From Bacteroidota bacterium (GTDB lineage Bacteria; Bacteroidota; Bacteroidia; Sphingobacteriales; Sphingobacteriaceae), in assembly GCA_037032985.1 (NCBI GenBank), contig JAZBLB010000027.1:4295-68294 (forward strand): a stretch of DNA of 64,000 nucleotides. The letters are read 5' to 3'. The stretch's first letter is position 1. Each line of letters starts with the position of its first letter. The notes beneath the pieces were generated by a model. The model was given only the letters and a program-made list of their open reading frames with translations. It searched no databases and was not told the DNA's origin. Below are positions 19,328 to 30,250 of this stretch, one piece after another. Position numbers and translations under genes: made by a program.

Positions 19328-21163
19328 TTAGTCTGTAAAAGCCTGCATATCAATTAGTCTTCTATATAAACCGTTTTGCATTAATAATTCAGTATGACTT
19401 CCTTGCTCTACAACTTCACCCTTATCAATCACCACGATCTGATCAGCGTGTTGGATGGTACTTAAGCGATGAGCAATAACTACCGACGTGCGATTCTTCA
19501 TCAAATTATTTAAGGCGCCTTGCACTAATTTTTCCGATTCAGTATCAAGAGCTGAGGTGGCTTCATCCAATAGCATAATTGGCGGATTGGCCAATACTGC
19601 TCTTGCAATGCAGACACGCTGTCTTTGACCGCCAGATAATTTATTTCCACGGTCACCCACTGATGATTGATAACCATATTCAGTATTTAAAATAAATTCA
19701 TGCGCATTGGCAATTTTTGCTGCTGAAATTACTTCTTCTTCCGTAGCATAGGGCTTTGCAAACGCAATATTATTGAAAATGGTGTCATTAAATAAGAAAG
19801 ACTCTTGGTTCACTATTCCCATCTGAGCGCGAAGGTCTTCAATTTTTGCATCTTTATAATCTACGCCATCAATTTTTAAAGATCCTGATTTTGGATCGTG
19901 GAAACGTGGAATTAAATCCATTAATGTGCTTTTTCCTCCTCCAGAAGGACCAACTAATGCTATGGTTTTTCCTTTTTGGATATTGATATTGATGTCTCTT
20001 AGAATTTGTTTATCTCCATAATAGAACGACACATTTTCTAATGCCAAAGCGCTTTCAAATTTATCGATTGCCTCTGCATTTGGCTTATTCACTATTTCCG
20101 GCTTGGTATCAATTAGATCTAATACACGTTCTCCAGCTGCAATACCCGAATGAATACCGCTAAAGGAATCTGTTAAGGCTTTTGCTGGTCGCATTACTTG
20201 AGAAAATATTGCGATATAAGCTATAAAATCAGCAGCAGCTAATGCATTTTTATCATTATGAAGAATCAAACTTCCACCATACCAAACAATAATGGCGATC
20301 ATTAAAACCCCTAAGAATTCCGAAACCGGAGATCCTAATTGCTGTCTTCTGACCATTTTTCGGTTGATGTTAGAATAAAAAATATTTTCATTATTGAACT
20401 TATCTTTAGTTCTTTCGGTAGCGTTAAACGCTTTGATGATCTTTATGCCGCTTAATGCTTCATCTAAAAAGCCAATCATTTTTGCGAAAGACTCATGTGC
20501 TTCTTTTGCTTGTTGTTTCAACCTCTTCACAATTTTACTGATGATAAAAGCAGAAATTGGAATTACCAAAAGTGAAAACAGGGTTAGTTTTGCAGATATA
20601 TTAAATAGTAATACTACATAAACAATTAGCGTAACTGGTTCTTTGAAAACAACCTGTAGTGTATTTGTAACTGTGAATTGCACAACTTGAACATCAGACG
20701 CTACCTTAGAAATAATATCTCCTTTCCTTTCATTGCTAAAAAAACCAACATGAAGGTTCATCACGTTATCAAATACTCTTTTTCTAAAATTTAGCAGTGT
20801 ATGAACTCTCAAATCTTCCATATACCGTTGAGAAAAATACTTAAAAAGATTAGATAATAATACCGATATAACGATTACTACGCACACATAAAATAGTGTT
20901 TTTTCGATGGAATATTTAGCAATAGAGTCTGTAACCAATTCCCTAAGTTTTCCTAATAAACTAAAAGATTCAGCTGCTTTATCCGTAAGTGTAGGCGTTT
21001 TTGAAAGAGGCTTATTCGCATTTAGTAACGTTTCAAATAATGGTGAGAGTAGTGCCAAATTAAAAGTTCCAAATAGAATTGATAGTAGTGTAGCAATTAC
21101 ATAAGGAATAGCGAATTTCTCAATTGGTTTTGCAAAAGATAATAAACGAAAATAAGTTTTCAT
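19328..21163 (-). CDS. MsbA-like ABC transporter, fused permease/ATPase
   Basis: Walker A GPSGGGKST, signature LSGGQRQR, Walker B MLLDEATSALD, 6-TM N-terminal domain. Confidence 0.92.
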   Translation of the reverse strand: MKTYFRLLSFAKPIEKFAIPYVIATLLSILFGTFNLALLSPLFETLLNANKPLSKTPTLTDKAAESFSLLGKLRELVTDSIAKYSIEKTLFYVCVVIVISVLLSNLFKYFSQRYMEDLRVHTLLNFRKRVFDNVMNLHVGFFSNERKGDIISKVASDVQVVQFTVTNTLQVVFKEPVTLIVYVVLLFNISAKLTLFSLLVIPISAFIISKIVKRLKQQAKEAHESFAKMIGFLDEALSGIKIIKAFNATERTKDKFNNENIFYSNINRKMVRRQQLGSPVSEFLGVLMIAIIVWYGGSLILHNDKNALAAADFIAYIAIFSQVMRPAKALTDSFSGIHSGIAAGERVLDLIDTKPEIVNKPNAEAIDKFESALALENVSFYYGDKQILRDININIQKGKTIALVGPSGGGKSTLMDLIPRFHDPKSGSLKIDGVDYKDAKIEDLRAQMGIVNQESFLFNDTIFNNIAFAKPYATEEEVISAAKIANAHEFILNTEYGYQSSVGDRGNKLSGGQRQRVCIARAVLANPPIMLLDEATSALDTESEKLVQGALNNLMKNRTSVVIAHRLSTIQHADQIVVIDKGEVVEQGSHTELLMQNGLYRRLIDMQAFTD

Positions 21164-21412
21164 TAAGGATTTATAGATAACGGACTTTAGGTAAGTACCT
21201 GGCTGTAATAAATAACAAAGTAAATTATTGCAAATGTACGGTTTTTCATAGAGATCGATAAAATGAAAGAAAATCCTAAAGTTTGGAACTTATAACTCTT
21301 AATTTGATGAATGCTGTTTCCGTAATAATCGAATGTTGATATTTTAAGCTAGCAAAGAAAATTGCATTGCAATTTGAAGAAGATTATATAGGTTTAATTT
21401 GGAAAGAAAAAC

Positions 21413-22477
21413 TTATTTTTCATTTTCAAAGCATTCATGATAGAGATTTATATATTGCTTTGCCGCGATATCCCAGGAGAACTTCTCTGCTTGTGTAATC
21501 ATTTCCTGTTTACGATTTCTCTGAAGAAAATCGTCCATCCCGGTAATAAATACATTTTGCATGTGCTCGGGTTCAAAACTATCAAAATAATAGGCTGCAT
21601 CGCCTCCAACTTCTGGCAGTGAGGTAAATTTTGATAAAAATACTGGTTTGCCAAAGTGCATCGCCTCAATAATAGGAAGACCAAAGCCTTCGGCTACGGA
21701 TGGAAACAGGAAGGCGCTACAGTTTTTGTAGTACCATGCTTTATCATCGTCACTAATAGGTCCGGTAATATGTACTCTTTCCAGGCAATTATATTTTTTT
21801 GCCTCCTCTAAAATACGTTCCTTGTGCGATGTTTCTCTTCCGGATATTACAAGTTCGAAATTATTGTCTTTTAATAGTGCTGGCAACAAATGAAATCCTT
21901 TTTGAACCGATAGCAAGCCAATAGTAAACAAAAATTTACTTCTTGGTTTAAATGCCGGCTGATGATTATCATCTGCAATTAACTTATCTGCGCCATTGTA
22001 AATCACGCTTACTTTGTGTACTGCCTGGGGAAAATAGTGTTTCACATCATTTGCCACAAATTCTGAGATACAAACGATCTTGTCACATTGCGATATAAAC
22101 TTCCCAAGTTTTTCTAAATAAACTTTAATTCTGTGTGGGCGGCTAAATTTTAAATGAACCTTATTCATATCATGAATGGTCATTACTTTTTTAGCATTTA
22201 CTTTACTTGGTCTTAACCTACAGGTTTGATCAGAAAGGTGAACAATATCAAAGTTGTTTCTTTGCCTAAAAAATATGCGATCAAGTTTGGAAAGATATAT
22301 AATATCAACTAGGCCATTAAATAAGTATTGCGTTTGTTTAAATAAGTAGAATTTTAACTTGAACTCCCCTTTATTTTGTTTAATTAATGCATCGCCTAGT
22401 CCTTTACCAAAAGAGAAATAGCCGCAATTGGCATCTTTCATAGAATCGAAAGTAACAAGAACTGAAGGTTTTTTCAT
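21413..22477 (-). CDS. glycosyltransferase family 4
   Basis: 'FLFPSVAEGFGLPIIEAMHFGKPV', 'SLPEVGGDAAYYF'. Confidence 0.92.
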   Translation of the reverse strand: MKKPSVLVTFDSMKDANCGYFSFGKGLGDALIKQNKGEFKLKFYLFKQTQYLFNGLVDIIYLSKLDRIFFRQRNNFDIVHLSDQTCRLRPSKVNAKKVMTIHDMNKVHLKFSRPHRIKVYLEKLGKFISQCDKIVCISEFVANDVKHYFPQAVHKVSVIYNGADKLIADDNHQPAFKPRSKFLFTIGLLSVQKGFHLLPALLKDNNFELVISGRETSHKERILEEAKKYNCLERVHITGPISDDDKAWYYKNCSAFLFPSVAEGFGLPIIEAMHFGKPVFLSKFTSLPEVGGDAAYYFDSFEPEHMQNVFITGMDDFLQRNRKQEMITQAEKFSWDIAAKQYINLYHECFENEK

Positions 22478-22534
22478 TAGTAATAGACTTTCTGTTTAAA
22501 CAAGTGAGTAGATATAGTAAGCTGGCAGGTGCAT

Positions 22535-23413
22535 TTACTTTATAATTTTATAGTTGCGGTATTCGAACAAACGCAAACCGGTTAAATCTTCAATTTTTTG
22601 CAGCAACTTTCTTCTGAAATTCAATCTAGGAGTTTCTTTAGTTAAATCTTTTTCAAATTTCCAATTTGCTGTTGCTATTCTTTCTTCCATAACCTTTGGA
22701 TGCGTCCCTTTAAAGTGCACTAATCGATCGGCATTGTGCATATCAAACGTTTCCTGAACGGGAAAATTTTGCTCAATCCATTCTTCCGTTTGATAAAACT
22801 GATTGAAGTTCCGAACTTTGCCCTGCAAACCCTTAGGCGGCTTTACCCAGCCATAGTGATAGATATAGGCATCAATGAGTTTAACTTTTAGTTTGCGTCC
22901 GTCAATTCTGAAACCTTGCGCATCACGATAAGAATGGACACCTGGCAAGTTTTTCAAAATCCTAACTTCCCTGCGGTACCAGCGGCGTGATTCTGCAAGG
23001 TAATCGTATGAGGCATAAAAGTGTTTATATTTTAAAAGAAGCGCCTCAATACTTTTATCATCCATGGCAATTTCCATTTCTTTTTTAATCAAATGAAGAT
23101 AATCCTCATGAATGGCCTCATCGCCCTGAATGTAGATCATCCAGTCCGTATCCTTCGAAATGGCCGCAATCGCCTTATTTGTTTCATCTGCAAAAACGCG
23201 TCCGCCTTCGCGAATGGATTCATCCCAAATGGTATCTACGATCCTGATTTTTTTAGGATCTATACTTTTAATTAGCTCGGCAGTTTCGTCCGTAGAGTTT
23301 CCAAGGGCCACAACAAACTCATCACATAAGGGCAAAACAGAAAGGATCGCCTCCTTGGCAGGGTAGTCGTTGACAATTACATTTCGTAAAAAGGTAAACC
23401 CTGTGACTTTCAT
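22535..23413 (-). CDS. glycosyltransferase family 2-like protein
   Basis: 'SVLPLCDEFVVALGNSTD', 'YIQGDE', 'IYHYGWVK'. Confidence 0.8.
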   Translation of the reverse strand: MKVTGFTFLRNVIVNDYPAKEAILSVLPLCDEFVVALGNSTDETAELIKSIDPKKIRIVDTIWDESIREGGRVFADETNKAIAAISKDTDWMIYIQGDEAIHEDYLHLIKKEMEIAMDDKSIEALLLKYKHFYASYDYLAESRRWYRREVRILKNLPGVHSYRDAQGFRIDGRKLKVKLIDAYIYHYGWVKPPKGLQGKVRNFNQFYQTEEWIEQNFPVQETFDMHNADRLVHFKGTHPKVMEERIATANWKFEKDLTKETPRLNFRRKLLQKIEDLTGLRLFEYRNYKIIK

Positions 23414-23479
23414 TGACTTTATATTGTTTGCGCTTTACGGCTGATAATTTTGTTAATTTGTACAAAGATAGTTTTATTG

Positions 23480-24382
23480 ATGAATACCCCTCTATCCATT
23501 TTGAGTGAAGTTAAACAGGGTAATTTTAAGGCTTTAGCCAGAACGTTAACCCTGGTAGAAAATGATATTTCGCCTGCAGATACTATTCTAAAAAGCCTGG
23601 AGAGTCATTCGGTTACGCCTGTGATTGGTATCACTGGTCCGCCCGGAGCAGGGAAAAGTACGCTGGTAAATGCTATTACTAACTTTCTTGCCAATGAAAA
23701 TAAACGAATTGCTATTTTAGCGATAGACCCCACCTCGCCATTTAACTTTGGTTCTCTGCTCGGAGATAGAATAAGGATGGCGAGTCAATTTAATAATCCG
23801 AATGTTTTTATCCGTTCGCTGGCAACAAGGGGCGCCTTGGGTGGCATTTCTGTTAAAACAATAGAAATGGTTGATGTCTTGAAGGCCGCTAATTTTGATC
23901 TTATTTTTATAGAAACAGTTGGAGTAGGGCAGTCGGAGGTTGAAATTGCGGGACTGGCAGATAAAACGCTTGTTGTGTTAGTCCCCGAATCAGGAGATGA
24001 GGTTCAAAATATCAAGTCAGGGTTAATGGAGGTTGCAGACTGTTTTGTGGTGAATAAGGCAGATCGCGACGGGGCAGATGCTTTTGCAAATAATTTAAAA
24101 AAGGTTGTGCATCAGGGGGTAAAGACCATTCCGATTTTGAAAACGGTAGCTGATAAAAATATCGGTGTGGAAGCAGTTTGTAATTGGATTGCAGAGCCTT
24201 TAGTGTCAAGTAATGAAAAGAAGGAATTTCTCTTTGCAGAAAAAGCTTGGCGAATTATTCAGCATCATAAAATGCAGACGGTTGATAAAGATAAATTAAG
24301 GACAGCTATTCAGGTAGCTTTGGTAAAAAAGGATTTCAATGTCTATCGCTTCGTGCAGGAGTTTACTTCAAACCTAGCCTAA
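23480..24382 (+). CDS. meaB: methylmalonyl-CoA mutase-associated GTPase (MeaB/ArgK family)
   Basis: GITGPPGAGKST, AIDPTSPF, LLGDRIRM, ETVGVGQSE, NKAD. Start reassigned to the ATG at 23480. Confidence 0.9.
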   Translation: MNTPLSILSEVKQGNFKALARTLTLVENDISPADTILKSLESHSVTPVIGITGPPGAGKSTLVNAITNFLANENKRIAILAIDPTSPFNFGSLLGDRIRMASQFNNPNVFIRSLATRGALGGISVKTIEMVDVLKAANFDLIFIETVGVGQSEVEIAGLADKTLVVLVPESGDEVQNIKSGLMEVADCFVVNKADRDGADAFANNLKKVVHQGVKTIPILKTVADKNIGVEAVCNWIAEPLVSSNEKKEFLFAEKAWRIIQHHKMQTVDKDKLRTAIQVALVKKDFNVYRFVQEFTSNLA

Positions 24383-24607
24383 TCAAGGAGAAAAATAGCT
24401 GGGTTACAAACGAAACATTTAAAAGTGTGCGTCAAGAGTGCCTTATTCAGGGATAAAAATGACGTAAAATCTGCTCTGAGATCCTCATCAATGCTAAGAT
24501 TCTGAGTGATTTCAGCGAATGACGAAATTAATTTCAAGTTTAAATGTGACCTAACGGCCAGTTAGACAGTGTATTTAGGCTTCTTTTGATTTATTTTAAA
24601 TAAAAAA

Positions 24608-24638
24608 TTGATTTATAGGTATTTAACTGTTACCTTTG
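24608..24638 (+). promoter_or_regulatory. promoter of the cold-shock gene
   Basis: TTG-N20-TACCTTTG (24631-24638). Confidence 0.65.
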
Positions 24639-24660
24639 GTACAAATTAAAATACAATATA

Positions 24661-24852
24661 ATGCAACAAGGAACAGTAAAATTTTTTAATGAAACTAAAG
24701 GTTTCGGATTTATCACTCCATCTAATGGCGATGCCGAAATTTTTGTTCATGCTTCAGGCTTAATTGACAACATTCGCGAGAATGATACCGTAAACTACGA
24801 TGTAGAAGAAGGTAGAAAAGGCCTTAACGCGGTAAATGTAAAAGTAGCTTAA
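24661..24852 (+). CDS. cold-shock domain protein
   Basis: RNP1 KGFGFI and RNP2 IFVH; 63 aa. Confidence 0.97.
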   Translation: MQQGTVKFFNETKGFGFITPSNGDAEIFVHASGLIDNIRENDTVNYDVEEGRKGLNAVNVKVA

Positions 24853-24875
24853 GAAAACTCGAACACATAAATCGT

Positions 24876-24908
24876 AAAAAGTCCCGATAAAAATCGGGAC
24901 TTTTTTTT
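24876..24908 (+). terminator. intrinsic terminator
   Basis: AAAAAGTCCCGAT-AAAA-ATCGGGAC followed by T8. Confidence 0.88.
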
Positions 24909-25502
24909 GTGGTAAATTTTTTGGATGTTGGAAATTAATCCGGTGGGATTATAGTGTATTCGGTAACGAAACCTTTAGGGCATTGAGATCCTATTTTTCT
25001 GATAAGGCTTTTAGAAAGGCCGTATGGTGCATAGCTAAATTCCTGTAGATCGAGTCGTTGCTTAATAATTGTTCAGCCTTTTTTCAATCACTCAACAATC
25101 ACCTAACCACGCTCTAAGCCTAAGCTTGTCCTCAGTCTAGGATGGCCGATTTCAACGCTGACCATTGGTTTTTCACTTAATCACAACTCCGTTTAATTCC
25201 TGAGGTAGGCTAAGGTAAGGATCGTTGCTTTTAAGCTTTTTTTCTGGAACCTAGGGAAAGGAAGCTTGCCAAGATTTACCTTATCTTAGTCCATAAGAAC
25301 CTTGCGATATTTCTATAGTAAAGCATAGGGGATCGTCTAATGAATTTACTGGTACTGGAAAACCATTAAGTGATGCACTTAAAATGCTATGCAGACATCA
25401 CTAGTCAACAGCTACCTGCGGATTTGCGTCCCATCTGTTTAAATATTATCTCCAGCTGAACTTTCTATTACTCGCCAATTCTTTCAGTTTCTTTCGTTTC
25501 TG

Positions 25503-25521
25503 GCTTAGAATGTTTCTAAAT
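25503..25521. promoter_or_regulatory. candidate Fur box upstream of sdhC
   Basis: GCTTAGAATGTTTCTAAAT, with an inverted core TTAGAA-N3-TTCTAA. Confidence 0.5.
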
Positions 25522-25613
25522 AAATGTTTTATCGACCATTTGTCATAATCGTTTATAAATTAAACTCATAATTAGATACTTTTGCAAGAAATTTAGATAT
25601 AAATCCTAATCAA

Positions 25614-26294
25614 ATGAGTGGTTTCGGAAATGCTCTTTCTTCATCAATAGGAAAGAAATTCATTATGGGTATTACAGGTATATTCCTGATACTCTTTTTA
25701 ATTGTACACTGCGGTATCAACGCGTTAATTTTTATTAATGATGGTGGTTTAACCTTTAACGTTGGTGCTCACTTTATGGCATCCAACTGGATCATCCGAG
25801 CTGGTGAAATCGTGTTGTTTATCGGATTGTTAGCTCACATTTTTCAGGCGTTGAGGTTGACTTTGGAAAACCGTAAGGCAAGACCGGTGAGATATGCTGT
25901 TAACGACGGTCAAGCAAACAGTAAATGGTATAGCCGTTCTATGGGATTGCTAGGGACTTTACTGTTGATTTTCTTAGTGGTTCACTTGAAAGATTTTTGG
26001 GTAGTTTCACGTTTTACTGGAATTCCGACAGTTGATGCAAACGGACACGAAGATTTGTACGCAGTGATGAGAGAAAAATTTCAAGATCCAGTACGTGTAG
26101 TGGTTTACATTCTTGCTATGTTTTCTTTGTGCTATCACTTATTGCATGGTTTTGCTTCTGCTTTCCAAACAATGGGCTGGAATCACTCCAAATATAACGG
26201 CATCATCAAGGGAGCTAGTGTTTGGTATTCAATTATCATTTCGATTCTATTCGCATTGATGCCAATTGCAGTTTATACCGGTTTAATTAATTAG
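25614..26294 (+). CDS. sdhC: succinate dehydrogenase/fumarate reductase cytochrome b subunit
   Basis: 'SSIGKKFIMGITG', heme-ligand His residues, 'HLLHGFASAFQT'; upstream of the flavoprotein gene. Confidence 0.93.
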   Translation: MSGFGNALSSSIGKKFIMGITGIFLILFLIVHCGINALIFINDGGLTFNVGAHFMASNWIIRAGEIVLFIGLLAHIFQALRLTLENRKARPVRYAVNDGQANSKWYSRSMGLLGTLLLIFLVVHLKDFWVVSRFTGIPTVDANGHEDLYAVMREKFQDPVRVVVYILAMFSLCYHLLHGFASAFQTMGWNHSKYNGIIKGASVWYSIIISILFALMPIAVYTGLIN

Positions 26295-26313
26295 TTTTTA
26301 GCACAAAAGAGAT

Positions 26314-28293
26314 ATGTCAGATATTAATTCAAATATACCAGAAGGCGAATTAACCAGTAAATGGACAAAATTTAAGTCTTCTGTGCCGTTGGTTAATCCA
26401 TCGAACAAAAGAACTATTGAAATAATTATTGTTGGTTCAGGTTTAGCCGGCGCATCTGCTGCGGCTACTTTAGCCGAAATGGGTTACAAAGTTAAATGCT
26501 TTTGTTTCCAGGATTCGCCACGTAGAGCACACTCTATTGCTGCTCAAGGTGGAATCAATGCAGCAAAAAATTATCAGAATGATGGCGATAGTACTTATCG
26601 TTTATTCTATGATACCATAAAAGGTGGCGATTACCGTTCCCGCGAAGCCAATGTGCATCGTTTAGCTGAGGTAAGCGTTAACATTATCGATCAATGTGTG
26701 GCTCAGGGTGTTCCGTTAGCACGTGAATACGGTGGCTTGTTAGATAACCGTTCATTCGGTGGTACGCAAGTTCAACGTACCTTCTATGCAGCAGGTCAAA
26801 CTGGTCAGCAATTATTATTAGGTGCCTATTCTGCTTTAGAACGCCAGATTGGTATGGGTAAGGTAGAAATGTACACCCGCCATGAAATGCTTGAAGTGGT
26901 AAAAATCGACGGCAAGGCAAGAGGAATTATCGCACGTAACTTAATTACCGGCGAGATCGAACGTCATTTCGGTCATGCAGTGGTATTGGGAACAGGTGGT
27001 TATGGAAACGTATTCTATCTTTCTACCAATGCGATGGGAAGTAACGTTACGGCAGCCTGGAAAGCACACAAACAAGGAGCTTACTTTGCAAACCCTTGCT
27101 ATACTCAAATTCACCCTACCTGTATCCCTGTTTCGGGTGATCATCAGTCTAAGTTAACCCTGATGTCTGAATCGTTACGTAACGATGGACGGATTTGGGT
27201 GCCTAAAAAGAAAGGTGATGATCGTAAAGCTTCAGAAATCCCTGAAGATGAAAGAGATTACTATTTAGAGCGTCGTTATCCTGCTTTTGGTAATTTGGTT
27301 CCACGTGATGTTGCATCTCGTGCAGCTAAAGAACGTTGTGACGCAGGTTATGGGGTAGGTAATTCTAAGTTAGCAGTTTACCTTGACTTCAAAGCAAATA
27401 CTGAACGTTATGGTAAAATAGAGGCTTCGAAATCGGGCAATCATAATCCAGACAAAGAAACTTGTATGCGTTTGGGTACTGAAGTAGTTAAAGCAAAATA
27501 TGGAAACCTTTTCGATATGTATGCACAAATTACAGGAGAGAATCCTTACGAAACACCAATGCGTATTTATCCTGCGGTTCACTATACAATGGGTGGATTA
27601 TGGGTTGATTATAACCTAATGACAAGTGTTGAAGGTTTGTATTGTACAGGTGAAGCTAATTTTTCAGATCACGGTGCTAACCGTTTAGGTGCATCTGCTT
27701 TAATGCAAGGTTTGGCTGATGGTTACTTCGTTCTACCATACACTATTGGCGCTTATTTATCAAAAGAGATTTCTGTGAAAGCAATTTCTACCGATCACCC
27801 GGCATTTGTTGAGGCGGAAGAAAGAGCAAAAGGTATCTTAAATACTTTGGTAAATATTAAAGGAACAAAGTCTGTTGATCATTTCCACAAACGTTTAGGT
27901 CACATTATGTGGGAGAAATGTGGTATGGCCCGCAGTGAAAAAGGCTTGAATGAGGCTATCGCAGAAATCAGAGCATTACGTGCAGAATTCTGGAGCGATG
28001 TTCGTGTACCAGGATCTGCCGATGAATTAAATACCGAGCTTGAGAAAGCTGGTCGTGTAGCAGATTTTATCGAACTGGGCGAGTTGATGTGTATTGATGC
28101 ATTAAACCGTAATGAGAGTTGTGGTGGTCACTTCCGTGAAGAATATCAAACTGAAGAAGGTGAGGCTTTACGTGACGATGAGAACTATGCATACGTAGCA
28201 GCCTGGGAATTTAAAGAAGGTGTAAAATTTGAACTCCACAAAGAAGAGTTGAAGTTTGAAAACATTAAAGTAGCACAAAGAAGTTATAAATAG
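26314..28293 (+). CDS. sdhA: succinate dehydrogenase/fumarate reductase flavoprotein
   Basis: GSGLAG FAD motif, [10 protein letters not shown] (covalent-FAD His), HYTMGG, HGANRLG. Confidence 0.97.
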   Translation: MSDINSNIPEGELTSKWTKFKSSVPLVNPSNKRTIEIIIVGSGLAGASAAATLAEMGYKVKCFCFQDSPRRAHSIAAQGGINAAKNYQNDGDSTYRLFYDTIKGGDYRSREANVHRLAEVSVNIIDQCVAQGVPLAREYGGLLDNRSFGGTQVQRTFYAAGQTGQQLLLGAYSALERQIGMGKVEMYTRHEMLEVVKIDGKARGIIARNLITGEIERHFGHAVVLGTGGYGNVFYLSTNAMGSNVTAAWKAHKQGAYFANPCYTQIHPTCIPVSGDHQSKLTLMSESLRNDGRIWVPKKKGDDRKASEIPEDERDYYLERRYPAFGNLVPRDVASRAAKERCDAGYGVGNSKLAVYLDFKANTERYGKIEASKSGNHNPDKETCMRLGTEVVKAKYGNLFDMYAQITGENPYETPMRIYPAVHYTMGGLWVDYNLMTSVEGLYCTGEANFSDHGANRLGASALMQGLADGYFVLPYTIGAYLSKEISVKAISTDHPAFVEAEERAKGILNTLVNIKGTKSVDHFHKRLGHIMWEKCGMARSEKGLNEAIAEIRALRAEFWSDVRVPGSADELNTELEKAGRVADFIELGELMCIDALNRNESCGGHFREEYQTEEGEALRDDENYAYVAAWEFKEGVKFELHKEELKFENIKVAQRSYK

Positions 28294-28359
28294 CAGAGCG
28301 CATAGTGCAGGGAGTATAAAAACTCAATGTACCATGCTCCCCGCCTAAATCTCAATATC

Positions 28360-29130
28360 ATGAGTACAGGAAATATGAACTTAACGCTAAAAGTTTGGCG
28401 TCAAAAAAATAACAAAACCAAAGGTGCTTTGGTAGATTATAAATTAGCCGGTATTTCTCCAGATATGTCTTTCCTGGAGATGTTCGATGTGTTAAATGAA
28501 GACTTGATTACTAAAGGTGAAGAGCCTGTAGTATTTGACCACGATTGTCGTGAAGGCATTTGTGGTATGTGTTCAATGTTCATCAACGGTCGTCCTCACG
28601 GACCAAAAGACCTGGTTACCACATGCCAGTTACACATGCGCTCTTTCAAAGATGGCGATACGATTGTTGTTGAACCGTGGAGAGCTGCTGCCTTTCCGGT
28701 AGTTAAGGATTTAACTGTAGATCGTTCTGCTTTCGATAGGGTAATTGCTTCCGGTGGTTTTATTTCGGTTAATACCGGTAATGCGCAAGATGCGAACAGC
28801 TTGCCTATTCCAAAAATGCAAGCAGATGCGGCTTTCGAAGCGGCAGCTTGTATCGGATGTGGTGCTTGTGTGGCAACCTGTAAAAATGCCTCGGCAATGT
28901 TATTTGTATCTGCGAAGATCTCACAATTGGCTCGTTTACCACAAGGACAACCAGAGCGTTACCGTCGTGTGCAAAGCATGGTAGCACAAATGGATGCCGA
29001 AGGTTTCGGTAATTGTACAAACACAGGAGCCTGCGAGGCGGAATGCCCGAAAGGAATTTCTCTAGAAAATATTGCCTTGATGAATCGTGATTTTGCAAGT
29101 GCAAAATTCATTTCAGAAGAATCGCTTTAA
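28360..29130 (+). CDS. sdhB: succinate dehydrogenase/fumarate reductase Fe-S subunit
   Basis: [16 protein letters not shown] and [12 protein letters not shown] cluster motifs; start reassigned to 28360. Confidence 0.96.
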   Translation: MSTGNMNLTLKVWRQKNNKTKGALVDYKLAGISPDMSFLEMFDVLNEDLITKGEEPVVFDHDCREGICGMCSMFINGRPHGPKDLVTTCQLHMRSFKDGDTIVVEPWRAAAFPVVKDLTVDRSAFDRVIASGGFISVNTGNAQDANSLPIPKMQADAAFEAAACIGCGACVATCKNASAMLFVSAKISQLARLPQGQPERYRRVQSMVAQMDAEGFGNCTNTGACEAECPKGISLENIALMNRDFASAKFISEESL

Positions 29131-29166
29131 GAATATACTGTGCATTCAGCTGCAAAGTTGAATCTT

Positions 29167-29195
29167 AAGCCTCAAACCTAGTTTGGGGCTTTTTT
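29167..29195 (+). terminator. terminator of the sdh operon
   Basis: AAGCCTCAAAC-CTA-GTTTGGGGCTT followed by a T-run. Confidence 0.8.
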
Positions 29196-29420
29196 AATTG
29201 TTCCAAACTAGGAGAAGGGTTAGCCGAATGACCTTTCTTTAACTTTAAAATCCATCATCATATCCCCTTAAGCTAGCAAGATTATTCCAAATTTAATTTT
29301 GTTGATCAGATCTTTTTATTATGTCTGCATATTAAAAATCTTTGTAGTAAAAAATTTTATACGTTTAAGCTTGTATATGCACTTAAAAAGTGATAAATTT
29401 ATTTCTCCGAGACAGGAGTG

Positions 29421-29464
29421 AAAACACAAAACCCCGGCTAGTTTAGCAGGGGTTTTGTGTTTTT
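29421..29464. terminator. long bidirectional terminator-type hairpin
   Basis: AAAACACAAAACCCC...GGGGTTTTGTGTTTT, a 15-bp inverted repeat. Confidence 0.8.
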
Positions 29465-29489
29465 AAGTTTGTTAATTTGTGGAATTAAT

Positions 29490-30209
29490 TTAGCTTAGAC
29501 TGAAATTGATAGCCATCTGATATTTTTTTATACCCGGATTTTCATTCCCTGAACGAATATTCCATTTTGGGGCGGATTTAATTACCCGCACTGCTTCTTC
29601 ATCTATCTCTTTCGTTAAGCCTTTAATCACCTCCACATCTGTTATTGCGCCATCTTCCTGAACGTTGAACGAAAGGTAAACCTTGCCCGCTATTCCCTCT
29701 CTTCTAGCTTTAATTGGATATTTTAAGTTTTGCGCTAAGAAGGCATGCATTTGAGTTTGTGCTACCGGGTAGTCAGGGAATTGGTGAAGTGATTGTTGAG
29801 TACTCGCTTTCCTGTCCTTGCTTTCATTATTGAGGTTAAAATTCACATTTAAATTATACCTCACCCTTACCGTCTTACCGTTTATCACTCCAGGTTCCCA
29901 ATTAGGAGACTTTCCTAAGGCCCTTTTCGCCTCAGCGTCGGTTTCTTTGCTTAAGCCACAGGTTATGGATACGTCAGTTAGTTTGCCGTTTTTTTCTACA
30001 ATGAACGAAAGAAATACCTTGCCTTCGGTTTTGGTTTTTATGGCTAGCTCAGGATACTTAAGCTCCCCAGCCAGGTACTTATAAAAATTTGCGATACCAC
30101 CAGGATAAATAGGTGGTTTTTCAACAGATGTAAAGTCATAGATCTTCTGTGCCTGTGCGGAGCTGTTAAGCATGGCGATGCCGATTAGGGCTATAAATAG
30201 CTTTCTCAT
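29490..30209 (-). CDS. exported protein with two TonB C-terminal domains
   Basis: Signal peptide (AQA), 'YPGG...KYP...GKVFLSFIVEKNG', and a second 'KYP...GKVYLSFNVQEDG'. Confidence 0.85.
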   Translation of the reverse strand: MRKLFIALIGIAMLNSSAQAQKIYDFTSVEKPPIYPGGIANFYKYLAGELKYPELAIKTKTEGKVFLSFIVEKNGKLTDVSITCGLSKETDAEAKRALGKSPNWEPGVINGKTVRVRYNLNVNFNLNNESKDRKASTQQSLHQFPDYPVAQTQMHAFLAQNLKYPIKARREGIAGKVYLSFNVQEDGAITDVEVIKGLTKEIDEEAVRVIKSAPKWNIRSGNENPGIKKYQMAINFSLS

Positions 30210-30250
30210 AATGGCGCTTTTTAAAATAGTAAGAATTAATTACCTGTGCT

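Noticed and set aside
23480-24382. meaB without an adjacent methylmalonyl-CoA mutase
   Set aside because: Unlinked meaB is ordinary, and the mutase may lie elsewhere in the genome.
24478-24525. Possible REP-like remnant (GAGATCCTC...GAATGAC)
   Set aside because: A single degenerate copy with weak pairing; it cannot be supported without genome-wide counts.
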